From Octopus sinensis (Eukaryota): 64,000 nucleotides of DNA. Position numbers and translations under genes: made by a program. Within the stretch, counting starts at the first letter, position 1, and every line of letters starts with the position of its first letter. Shown in pieces: positions 26,541-39,850 of this stretch. The notes under the pieces are model-generated. The model made no database searches, had not been told where the DNA came from, and worked only from the letters and a program-made list of their open reading frames with translations. Location: positions 7,688,001 to 7,752,000 of the forward strand of contig NC_043015.1 of assembly GCF_006345805.1 (NCBI RefSeq), given 5' to 3'.

Positions 26541-28413
26541 AAGTCCATAATATGTAAATATGAAGTCTCAAAATGCATGATTTATATTGAAATTATTTTT
26601 CCTCTTGTATATTAGTAACATACGTCAATAATTTAGTCCACAATAGTATATAATATCCAATAAACTACATGTTTAAGGTATCCTAAAAGGTTTGGAATTT
26701 AATACTCCCTATATTTCAAGGAAGACAATTTATGCACTCTCAATACATAAAATTTAAACATTTAGCTATATTTGAAGTAGGCGTCGTTATCAAAAGCTTC
26801 ATTTATACTTTGTTGATCACACCAGCACAAAAATAAAAAAATTAAAAGTAAATAAACAACAATAGTTACTTGAATTCGGTATTATTTTAAGGAAATCTAC
26901 GAACTTATTATTTTCGGTTTCAGAGTCACTACTATTAGACATTTAATTTAAAGTGACTCAACTGACATTAATATGCGATTTGAAATTGAAAAGCAAACGA
27001 AGGTTGTATTACATGTTTGGAATCATTTCACCTGTTGTTTTCCTGTCTTAATTTTCTAGACAATATACAAAATAACAGCTGTGTATTTTTAATCGAAACA
27101 AAATGGGAAGATGGAAGTTTTTTGGTAATGACATGATTCTTAGTATCATATGTAAAATGGTAAATATTTAAAATAAACTGAAGTACAGCAGCGAATCAAA
27201 AGCTGCAATAACAACACCGGAATCAACATAACTATTTGTATTTGTGTATCACTGCCACCGTCCATAAAATTTCACATAAGACTGGTCACTCAAAAAACTG
27301 ACATAATCGATATGATTGGAATGACATCAATAATATCTACGCCCAATTAAAAGTGATGGCGATTTAACTAAATAACCAAAGTAGTGCCTTGGCTGTGTTC
27401 ACTCATTGTTGTATGTAGCCAGAAAAAAAGGCTACAGTTTTCCCCTGCAATCGCGATATCGTGTAATTTGCTGATTTTCATACATTTAAGCTGGGCATGA
27501 ACTTTATGAATTTCCCAAATTCAAGTTGGCCAGCCAATACCATATGATTCGGTGTTGCATTTTGGTCAAGCTTGCGCAAATAAATTGACTTTAGCTAGTA
27601 TAATGCGATACATGAATAAATGTATTCCCTTATATCACGTTTGGGAAACGCCAGTAACAAAAAAGAAAAAGCAATACTTTTTGGCTAACAGCGAGGCCAT
27701 TCAGTAGTCGGAAGATTTACAGAATACATTACTACAATGGCCATTCTAAGGCATTTAATAATGTGACACACATTATCTCCGACTGGGAATTCAACAATTA
27801 CCAAGAACATGATTTTACAGTATGAATATTGCCGTAAGAGAGAAATATTGATTTTTTTGCTTAGGCAAACGCGTAATTGTAATAAAACGGAAACGTTATA
27901 TTCATTGAATCAAATCCATTCCATTCCTGTTGAGTCTCGTGAGTATGGCACACATAACCTTGAATGGTAAAATAAATATAATGATGTATTTTCCCTTGTT
28001 TTGTTTTCTATTATGTGCCAGAACATTTACACAATATCAGAAATGTACCTGAAATTAATTATAACACGGAAGACATTTTTTTCTACTTTATGTGATAATA
28101 TAGAAAGTAAATTATTCTGCATTATAAGAGTCAATGTAGGTATTGATGTTAATGATTATAAATGATAAATTTAAAGCATACAAAAACGTGTGTAATTTAT
28201 TGTTCGCAGAGAAATTGAAATGATTATATTGCCAAGTGTTAATCTATAAACAAATATTTATTACACATAATCTGATGTCGCATTGATACGTAGCCTCCTA
28301 CAGGGAAAGACATTGGAAAAGAAACTTCAATATTGACGACTACATTCTTTCCTCAATTCCTAAAAGTGACTGGGGAATGTGAAAATTAGTAGTGAAGACA
28401 TAGAAAACATCGT

Positions 28414-29050
28414 TATACATATATATATATATATATACATATACATACATATACATATATATACATATATATACATATACATATATATACATATATATAC
28501 ATATACATATATATACATATATATACAAATACATATATATATATATATACATATATATACATATACATATATATACATATATATACATATACATATATAT
28601 ACATATATATACATATATATACATATACATATATATACATATATATACATATATATACATATATATACATACATATACATATATATACATATACATATAT
28701 ATACATATATATATACATACATATATATATATACATATACATATATATATATACATATACATATATATATATACATATACATATATATACATATATATAT
28801 ATATATACATATATATACACATACATATATACATATATATACACATACATATATACATATATATACACATACAATTATATATATATACACACGTATATAC
28901 ACACATAGAAAAATAGGTGTACAAACATATATTCATCTACACACACATGCACACACACATACATATATATACATATATATATACATATATGTATATGTGT
29001 GTGTGTGTGTGTATGTTTGTGCCTATATGTATGCATATGTGTGTGAGTGT
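28414..29050. repeat. (TA)n/(TACA) compound array
   Basis: Directly visible. Confidence 0.95.
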
Positions 29051-30148
29051 GGGGAGGTGAGTTTGTGTGCACAAGCAACTGTCTTAAAGTAGTTTGGGGA
29101 AGTTTTCAATGAGTCGAAATTGACATAATTGCTAGCATTTATATACTAGGTATTTTTGTTGTTGTTATCTTTCGAGCGGCATTAAAGTTACGCACATAAG
29201 AGAAAACATGTCCAAGGGCTTAGGTTTTGAAACATGTTTCACTGTCGGCTTTGAATATATTTATTAGCTATACCTAGTATTTCCACTGGTTCTTCTACAA
29301 CTACCTTTGTTGAGGTAATACGGATATTATGTTCAGAAGTATTGCATAAAATGCTTCCGATATATTAATTTCGCATAAATTGTAATGTAAATCTTATGAT
29401 TGTGTTCTTAGAGGATGTCATAAACAGAATCCTTTTGTAATATATACATTTATATATACCCGTATATGTGAGAATAGAATAACATAGGTTTGGTAATTTA
29501 AGTATATTTATTTTAAAATCATAAATTATATAAAATTCACATGTGTCTCACACGGAAATAATTGTATTTCCTGGAGAAACGTGTCTGGAGATTAAGCAGT
29601 ATAATGCAAAATAACTTCTTTGCTTTATCCTACACTTGGGTTTATATTCTGGATATAATGATAAAGGAAAATATAAGAAAAATATGTCTCAATTATTATT
29701 TGTAATATCTAAAATGTTTTCTGCATATTAAGAAAAAATAACAATGCACTTTCAAATACTGCTTGCCAGTAAAATCATAACTTTAAACATATCGGTGATA
29801 TGTAAATTAACATATTTCAGCTAAAGTATTTCTACTTGAGAATCAATAATGTCGATAGACTAAAATAGCTTTCTGGACTTCGATATATTAAATCGACAAT
29901 TGCCATAATATCTAAGTTTTGCACACAAAATATCAGTGAAATTAAATACGTAATTCTCTTTTTCCAACAGAAAATCAAGTTGTCTGCTGTTTGGTTTTTA
30001 CCAGAAAATCTCATCAAGAAGGCTTCCATGAGAATTCGAAGAACTTAATAACACTATTGCACAAGAATGGCATTCAAAATCAAATTTCAAATTTTACTGC
30101 TTTGCGTTAGTAACGTTTAACATTTCGAAAAGTAAACACTCTCATCCC

Positions 30149-30199
30149 TATATATATGTGTGAGTGTGTGGGTGTAGTTGTGAGCGTGATTGTGTGTGT

Positions 30200-30271
<72 letters not shown>

Positions 30272-30300
30272 CGAGTGTGTGAGAAAGTGAGAGTATGTAT
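30149..30300. repeat. (TG)n microsatellite with gcgag interruptions
   Basis: Directly visible. Confidence 0.95.
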
Positions 30301-33300
30301 GTAAATGCAAATGTATTATGTAAATACATAAAGAAACGGCCCAGTGAATTCATTGTCTGTGTATAATAATTGAACATATGTGATGTTTTCATTACTGCTT
30401 TCTGAAATATATTGTCAATTATATAAAAATTATTCACATTTGTCAAAACTAAGTCCTGATTTATTGCAATTATTTTAGTGTATAATATCATTACGAAATG
30501 AGACGAAGCCCATTAATGCCATTATAAAATTAAGTAATAAAAGTAGGATATTTGTAAATGTATTACGGGAGGAAATATCAAATCAACTTTTAATAATTCT
30601 GGGAGACTATATTTCATTATGACCCATACGCAATTATGAGCTGAAATTATATGAGAATAAATTGATTAAAAAAACTATCGTTTTAATGAAGGACTGCTAT
30701 TTTATGAAACAGTAAACATATTTTTGGAAGGAAATTTATAGCGGAAAAATTATTCTAGAATAAAGTTAAATTATATATTTCAGCAATATATATTCTAAGT
30801 GTTTTCAAACTAATAAATTGTGAAGTCATTTATTATTCATTTCATATTTAAAGCATTATATATTTAAACTATAATATGATTAAATAAAAATAATGTAAGA
30901 ATGTCTCCTTCAGCTTAAAGTTATATAATATCCAAACTTGCAGACTGTACGTGCTGCGAATCTGCTGTTTAATAGAAATGCGTGCGTGACTGACTCACTG
31001 GTAGCCGACAGACTGAATCAGTCCATCAATAAGTCCCATACTGCTTGTTCGTATTCATTTTGAATACAGTGCTCTATAATCCCGCTGTGATCTTTACGAT
31101 CACTCTCAGATCTATGCAACGCTCCTGCAGATTTATTAAGCCTGCATAAAGGTCATCAAATCAACTACCGTGACGCAGGATATTTTTCACTAAGTTGATT
31201 ATTAGCTTTAAGTTGGGCAGCGGCTTGTCAGCTTAATGCGCATTCCAAGATCGCTCCGGTGCAAAGACACTCTAGAAAGTCATAGGGAAATGTGCCATAA
31301 TAACTTGAACTCGTACCCGAAAATAGTGAGTAAATAAGCTCTCCATACCCTGATATATCTGGAATGAGTTATGAAATCTGCCAGGAGAATTCTAAGGAAA
31401 ACAAGTATGTGTATTGCGTTGCGATGATAGATTATTCCTGCATCGATCTCACATGTTTCTCAAAAGCAAGATATATGTCCCCGCTTTGCAAAGATAGTTG
31501 CTCAAACTGAATCACGATAAATATTGCATGCTTCTCAGGGACGCACTTCTGGAGTAGCTTTGGACTGTAGAAGATGCTCTGAAATCGATGTATACGTTTG
31601 CAGTTGGGCTACGTCTAAGGTGATGTAGTTCGACGCATGTAATTTACAAACTGAAAATCTCATTTTGAAGAATATTGTGGATTATAAATGATGTAATATA
31701 TATTATTTCTATCACTGCATTTAGAAAGAATTGTAGTATTGTGCTATTATGGAAGGATTTGGAAGAAAACAATGTATATTTTTGTTGTGAAGTATATAAA
31801 TATCTACTGTTTTTGTACTTTAGTATATGCATGTCAGAAGAGCAATTCTAGTGAAATTACACAGGTTTGGATGGAAAAAAATGTGTATAAAACACTGATA
31901 CATGTTGACTATAGTAAATGATTTAATCAAATAGTAAATTTATAATAAAATAGATGAAAGATTACAGTATAAATCTTAAAGCGCTGTCGACTCATAGAAA
32001 ATTAAAAGGTCCTACGTTATGCACATTTAAATAGCGACTGCAGAGACAGAATAGTAATATGGGCAATGAATTCACTCTCCGTAATATGTTACAATTTCTT
32101 TGATTTACGCTGGTGGCCACATGATTATATAATATATGAATGGTACTAGCATCATTGAAATTATTATAATTGTTAGTTAAGATTGTGTGGTGAATTCAGA
32201 GTTAAAATTTAATTTCAGTAAGTCTTAATAACTCCTGTCACACAAAGAATTCTGTCGGAAAATTAAAGTCTAATATAGCGCATTTTTGTTAAAAAATAAG
32301 TAAATCAAACTGGAGAACTGTAATCTTAATATAAAATAGGTACAAATATGAACGACTGTAAATGGCGTTTAAACCGAGGTCAGATGTTTATCATTGTTGA
32401 TATCTCTTTATGAGCTAGACTCACAGTATACAAATTGATGTAGGTTTTCAAAATCAATTTAAGTTATCCAAATAACATGTAGCCTGGATAACTCGAGAAT
32501 TAACAGAGTGATTTGACATACGTTTAACAATCCTTAACTATGTTTCTCTTTATTTAAAATCAGGAACGTTTCGCTCTATCTATCTGAATGTTAACACATG
32601 CTGGATTTGAAAGTCGCTTAGAACTTGAATTAAATAAATATATATATTTCGTCCATTTTGTATCTTGAAACTAAATCATTGAAATATACCTTTACCCATA
32701 TTCTCCCCGTGTAAATACTATTGCAAAGATAAGTGCTTTCCAGATGCAGCAAGGCCTATAGAATACAGAGGATATTGCAGCATTCGTAAACGATTTCAGA
32801 ACATCTTTTAATGACTTGCACAATGTTTGTGCAAATCATTAAAAGTCAATGTATGCACAATGTATGTGCAAGATAATCGATCATTATCTTCATGAAATAA
32901 AATCCATTGTGAATTATTCATGTATGAGGTTTTATATCAAAAGCTGTTGTCAAACAATGGTTCTTTGATTTGACGCTCAACGTTCTGTACCCTACCTAGC
33001 ATTCATGAACATTTTATTTAGATGGAATTCCTCTCGTGGGTGTGACTCAAACCTCTTCCACGTAGATTACTGTAAAAATCCTTTTATCTTCTCCTGTCAT
33101 GATCCACCTTTACTGTGCTTGGATTTAGCGTTTATGGAACGATTTACAGTATTCAGATCTTTATTGATGACTTCCTGCCGAAAGAGCAGGAGAAATATAT
33201 CTTCTCCTGTTTGGAACTTGTCCTTGTCTCTTCAAATGGTTATTACGATCAGACTAAGTACAGTGGAATATTCTCGTTTGTCGTAGCTGTATTCCTTGCA

Positions 33301-35179
33301 ATCCTTGACTCTCATGTTTTGTCGACCAATGGCTCTGAGCCAGCTTCATCATGAGAATTAATATTTCCTCATCTAATTTCTTCAAACGGCATCCTTCAAA
33401 TTCTTAAATTTATTGCAAATTAATCAAATGACTTAATATTTTTGCCAGCTTCGCTTGCATTAAGATATCAATAAAACTCATAAAGCATAACGCTACGCTT
33501 ACGAATAACTTTTTTTATTTGGTTACGTAACAGATTTTTCATATAGTAAATTGGTATACTAAAATATAGATAAATGCTATGAGAGTTGATCATGAATTTG
33601 ATATGTATCATTGAGCACTACCAAAAGTTGTTGTCTTACTTAAAACCTGTTTCATCTGATTCACACCCATACTTGGATAAAACATGCAATACTATCCGAG
33701 AATAGTAATTTAGGACACTTAATGCATGACACCCGTGGAAAATATGTAAACAGAAACCGTAATATACAATTTATGACATCGAAAAGTGTTTCGTGCTGAA
33801 CTCTCAATATCGTTGAAAGATGTCAGCAATCGACAACGACGTGTTCATAAAATACAAGATTACAAGTAAAAGATTACCAGAAGTTCTTGAAACTCTTTCA
33901 TATAAATTGGAATAAGAATTTAAAGGAGATTACAAGAAAGTATTCATGTACATACGGAGGGAATCGAATTTGTAATATGTCATTTTGTAATGCATTTAGC
34001 GGCTGGCTTGGTTCATATGACGTTTCGTTTCACCTTTCATGAAACATATAATACATAGATTTGAATGATTTAATAGTTTTACTATATTGTAATCTTAAAT
34101 TAGTGTGGCGTTGCTTTTCGTACGTAATAAATCAACATTTTTTTATTTATTTGCTAAGTCTGTTGCATGACATATGAACGTCTACGCCGAGTTACAACTA
34201 ATTTGGGTATGTATATCATATTTCAACTTCTGACTGATAATTTAACGTATGTTCACCATATGTGTGAAATAGTTTTCATAAAACTGATTTAAATTTCATA
34301 GTGATTCTCTCATTAAAGACATTTAATCGTTGTATATTATATATTACCATACGGAATCCTAGTTTAATTAGAGCGCTTATTGATCTTTGTAAGTTTTGTA
34401 TATAAATTTTAACGATATCTCAATAGTAATCAAACCACATTATATCAGCTTATGTTTGTTTGCATATCATAAGCATTAAAAGCATTCAAAGGAATTATTA
34501 AATACCAGCAGACTGATATTATTGCCTCATTAATTTTAGCAAACATGTTTTCATACTTAAATATGGATACTGGATATTATTGATTGGTCTTTGAGAATTA
34601 CTTCTTAAAATGTCCGTGCAGCTTAACAACGTTTACTCTGGGCACACTGTTTTACAAAAACCGTCTCAATATTTTAAAAACGTGTATATAAATTTTGAAC
34701 AATTTTAAAAAAGATAATTGCTTTTTCAGATGATTTAAGAGGTACACATGTGTCTAGTTACCATATAAACTGAATAAATAATGTTTTATGCCATTAGCAG
34801 TAAGAAAATATTGTTATATTTATTGTTTGAAGTCGAGTTCAATTATCACAGTGAGCTCATGCTTCTTTTAATATTAAGCAATTTTTTAGTAAGATCTAGC
34901 AAAATTTTTCGCGTATTTTAAGAAATGACCTAAAGTTATTTCTGCCTCGATTTGCTCTTTAATTTCTTATTCCAAATCTCAAGATGCTCAACTTTGTCTT
35001 CTCAGGTAAAGAGGGGTGAACGTCAAGGAATCATGAAAGAATTTGTGGCAACCGCGTCCACTAATATTGCACGAAGTCACTGGAATTATACCTAAACTAG
35101 AATCATTTATGAATAAGGCAGTGAAATATCAGTGTCGTTTGTATGTTGATCAGAATTTTTGCGGTAGCCTGCTACAGTA

Positions 35180-35353
35180 TACTCTTTTACTCTTTACTCT
35201 TTTTACTGTGGACATATTGGAGCATCGCCTTTAATCGACCCGAGGATTTATTATTTGTTAGCCTAGTACTTATTCTATCGGTCTCTTTTGACGAACAGCT
35301 AAGTGACGGTGACGTAAACACACCAGCATCGGTTGTCAAGCGATGTTGGAGGT

Positions 35354-35395
<42 letters not shown>

Positions 35396-35567
35396 ACATA
35401 TATACGGCAGGCTTCTTTCAGTTTCCGTCTACGAAATCCACTCACAAGGCTTTGGTCGGCCCGAGGCTATAGTAGAAGACACTTGCCCAAGGTGCCACGC
35501 AGTGGAACTGAACCCGGAACCATGTGGTTGGTAAGCAAGCTACTTACCAGACAGTCACTCCTACGCC
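35180..35567 (-). mobile_element. SINE family A
   Basis: Near full-length reverse-complement copy. Confidence 0.9.
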
Positions 35568-35908
35568 TATATGAATACAAATATTTCATGGTCAGCTCTG
35601 TATTTTCTATATTCGGATTAGCTGTATCGAAAGTTGCAGCTTCTCTTCTTGGTATCATAGACTTCCATAATAGTAAGGGTAAAGTGTCCAGCTCTTACCA
35701 GTAACTTAAACAGTAAAAATGACTAAGTCAGAAAGGGAAATTTCCATGTTTAAATACATTATCTCCATCACGTATGAAATACATTGATATCAAGGATCAC
35801 ATGTTCTAGTCATTCTTCCTGGATTTCATTCTAGTTAACAGATATTTTAATATATTTGCAAAGTCAATTCAATGTAGAATTCTCTTGGGATCATTAACTT
35901 TGTAAATA

Positions 35909-36370
35909 GGCGCAGGAGTGGCTGTGTGGTAAGTAGCTTGCTTACCAACCACATGGTTCCGGGTTCAGCCCCACTGCGTGGCACCTTGGGCAAATGCCTT
36001 CTACTATTGCCTCGGGCCGACCAAAGCCTTGTGAGTGGATTTTGTAGACGGAAACTGAAAGAAGCCTGTCGTATATATATATATATATATTATATATATA
36101 TATATATTATATATATATATATTATATATATGTGTGTGTGTGTGTGTGTGCGTGTATGTTTGTGTGTCTGTGTTTGTCCCCCTAGGATTGCTTGACAACC
36201 AATGCTGGTGTGTTTATGTCCCCGTCACTTAGCGGTTCGGCAAAAAGAGACCGATAGAATAAGTGCTGGGCTTACAAAGAATAAGTCCCGGGGTCGATTT
36301 GCTCGATTAAAGGTGGTGCTCCAGCATGGCCGCAGTCAAATGACTGAAACAAGTAAAAGAGTAAAAGAGA
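35909..36370 (+). mobile_element. SINE family A, full length
   Basis: ggcgcaggagtggctgtgtggtaag (A box)..gggttcagccc (B box)..(TA)n(TG)n..agtaaaagagtaaaagag. Confidence 0.92.
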
Positions 36371-36407
36371 GTTCAAATGCGATGAATATATGGAAATATT
36401 CATATGT

Positions 36408-36770
36408 TTTGTTTCAGTTATTTTGAGTATGGTCAAGCTGGAGCACCGTTTTAAATGATTTTTGGTCGAAGCAATCGAATTTATGACATTCTTTGTAAGC
36501 CTAATATGTATTCTATCATTATCTTTTGGAAAACTGCTAAGTTACGAGGACGTAAACACTCCAGCATAGGTTGTCAAATGGTGATGGGGGATGTGGTGGT
36601 AAACACAGACACAAAGACACACTCACAAAGATCAGGACTGTCTTGTTTCAGTTTCCGTCTACCAAATCACAAAGCATCGGTCGGGCCGAAGCTACTGTAG
36701 AAGACACTTGCCCAATGTACCACTCACTGGAGCTGAAGGCAGAAACCATGTGGTAGGGTAGCAAGCTTCC
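36408..36770 (-). mobile_element. SINE family A, older diverged copy
   Basis: tgtttcagttatttt..gctggagcacc..tttcagtttccgtctaccaaatc..gtagaagacacttgcccaa..accatgtgg. Confidence 0.8.
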
Positions 36771-37045
36771 CCCCTCAAACACATAAACTCACATTGATTT
36801 ATTGAGAATCCAGTAAGGATCCAGAATCCATTAAGAAATAGTCCAGTTCATTCATCTACTATATAACTTTTTATATAATACACATTACACTGATACGGTG
36901 TGGGCTGAGATCCCCGTTGGCAGGCCATGGGTACTAAATAATGTCTTAACGGATAGCTAACCCTAGTTTTCTGTACCTACTGAAATATTTGAGTATATGA
37001 AGAGACTCTCAGCCTTTCTCAGTCGTATTGTTCAACTTTGTGTAG

Positions 37046-37090
37046 CTGCCTCTGATAAGATTCTAATTAGAATCGAAAATCGATAGATAT
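37046..37090 (+). ncRNA. Degenerate minimal hammerhead-like motif
   Basis: CUGAUaA-GAUUCU AAUU AGAAUC-GAAA-AUCGAU-A: perfect 6-bp stem II and a palindromic stem III-like segment, but G8 is A and stem I is poor. Confidence 0.4.
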
Positions 37091-38329
37091 CATTTGGTAT
37101 TTTTTTCAGTCAATAGAAAAATATCTAAATTAGTCCTGCTTTTATAAATCTACTACGCAGGTTACGTATATACATACACATACATGTAGCCATATACATA
37201 CATTCTTCGTGTTCTTTACCTGCATTTATGAATCGGGTATGCTTACAGTAATGAAGAGATATAGACATTCATTTTAAATTTCATAAATTCAATGAACTTA
37301 ATTTATTAACACTGACAGGCAAATGCTGATAATATATGATTATAATTTTGATATATACTTCAGATGGCAACATATTAATATAGGATGTGCGGGAAATGCT
37401 GCTACTCTTTCAGCTTCTCGCTTATCTCGCGAAGATTTGTTTACTTATTACCTTAGGCACAATTCTGATAATTCAGGTCTCGTATATTTCTTTTGAAAAA
37501 AACTATTTTAGAAAATAACGAATACATTTTCTCCGTAAGACAAAACTTTCTGTACATAGTTTCTAATATTTGATATGAGTGTATTTCAAAACATTCGTGC
37601 ATAAAAGGCTAAAATATTAAATATTTCCACATCATATAACCTATGGTGTTTGGCTGTTTGTATCCCTATTTCCGCTTCAAGTCTATTTACATATCAGATT
37701 AATATGCATATTCTGAGATGCTTTCCAAGTAATATATGAGGATTAGTTCAGGAAATGATATATATGTATTTTTTTGTTAGAATGCATATTATCGAAGATT
37801 CCAGAATATTTTTTCCTTCCGTGACATTAAATATACTGTATTCAGGAAACATTTTAATGCAATCTTCACCTAGTAAGAAAAATAAAATACGCCAGTTATG
37901 CGTTGCACCTGAGAGAATTTACCATGGAATGCTGAAATGTTAAATATAGATTGATATGAAATGAAGCAAAATATGTCAGGTTGACACGTTATTTTTTATT
38001 TCTTTTTAATACGTTTGAAAGCAAAGTTGGGAGAGATTTATTTGTGATAAAGATTTATGCTTAATTCTAAAGTTTCTAAATGGATATTGACATATTTTTG
38101 TCGGGTAAGATTCCTGATTCAAGCTTCGCAATGCTTTCAGTTGAATATTCGTTCGTAAATCTAATATATATGAAGATGAGAGAAATAATGCTTTGTGAAC
38201 AGGAAATAAAATATTACTGGATGCATGATTACTGACTGTTACGATGATTTTCATGCATGTTATTACATACATTCATACATGCGTATATTCATATACAGGT
38301 AACATATACAGGAGCACTGACATTCACAC

Positions 38330-38443
38330 ATATAAACATATATATAGCTATATTTATATATCTATCTATCGATCTTTCTATCTATCTATCCATCTATCTA
38401 TTTATCCATGTATTTATCAAATATCTATCTATCTGTCTATATG

Positions 38444-38481
<38 letters not shown>

Positions 38482-38700
38482 TGTGTATATATATACATGT
38501 GTGTGTGTATATATATATGCATATGTATATATATATGTGTGTGCGTATAGATATATTTGTATATGTATACATATAAATGTAAACATAAGTGTACGGGCGC
38601 ACATGCACTCAAACATATATATATATATATATATAATATATATATATATATGTGTGTGTATGTATGTATGTATATATATACATATATGTATGCGTGTGTT
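38330..38700. repeat. (CTAT)n/(TA)n/(TG)n compound microsatellite
   Basis: Directly visible. Confidence 0.9.
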
Positions 38701-39619
38701 TGAGTACAGTCGCACGCTCACACACACTTGTTTATGTCTTTTTTCACAAAACAACGATTTTGTGTTGACTGAAGTTTTAAATATGATCTTAAAGTCAGTC
38801 TATGTAAATTACAACGTGCTCAGCTTGATTATTGTGTTGGGTTTTAAATAATTTTCTGTATATTCTATAGTTCTGGTAAATTTACTTTCCCTCTCTGATA
38901 TTCCAACGTATTTGGATGCAATTCAGCTGCAAACTAATGTTCAGAGGAAATAATCTCATTATGTGAAATATATTACAAAGGTTTTTCATATTCGTGTATT
39001 AATATCAACTTTTACCGACTTGATTTGATCTTTTATCAAAGGTAATTTTCTACAGATATTATTTATCCTTTGTTTTGAAGACAGTAGTCTAGGAATTGTT
39101 CTACATCGTATAATCGAATTTCTTGACTTGCAAATTCTTCTAAAGAAGCATTCACTTAATAAATTGTTCATCGTTCATTCGTTCATTCTTCTTTTGAATA
39201 TAAACGCTGGACACACAGAGAAATATACACATACACACACATACTCAGACACAATTGTATTTTCTCACGTGTATGTGATTGCGTATCTGTCTTATGCGTA
39301 TTTGTGTATGTGTAGTTTGAGACGCACCGTATTTGCAAATACCTTTTGATAAGGAACACGTGATCACATTTATAAACAAGTGAATATTCAATGATTTCGC
39401 ATTCATATCTTTCTCTATAACATTAATGTTTTCTGGAACTAAATTGTAATAAAACTTCCGACTCACAGACATAATTCACAGAGAAATCCATCTAACCTAA
39501 TGAACACCCATTGAACATATTCATAAATATCATATTATAGATTCCTATTCATGTATGAGTTTTTACATTTCTATGAAAGTTAAGTGAAGTTAGGTAACAT
39601 TTGATGTTCAATTTCAGCG

Positions 39620-39850
39620 TTGCCGTTGTTGGTGCCGGTGGTTACGTAACTATATTGTTTAATCCTGAGTTAGATCTGATTAGGAAAACTTATCCTATAA
39701 ATAAATGCAAATCACGATACTCCTGACTATTTATAAATATCTTGTTATATTTTGTCGCATGTTTCCTTCCTTATTTAAGATTTTAATGTGAAATTCGACA
39801 GATATATACTGCCATTAAATCAACCGGCTGCATAGAGTTTTCCCTGATTT
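39620..39850 (-). mobile_element. Old interspersed repeat (family D) 3' portion
   Basis: ttgtttaatcctgagttagatctgatt..is a diverged reverse complement of 52145-52365. Confidence 0.45.

Noticed and set aside
33005-33354. Two overlapping plus-strand ORFs
   Set aside because: No recognisable domain or consistent exon structure; minus frames contain stops.
35333-35704. Recurrent peptides such as [39 protein letters not shown] in several ORFs
   Set aside because: Antisense translation of SINE family A, not a gene family.
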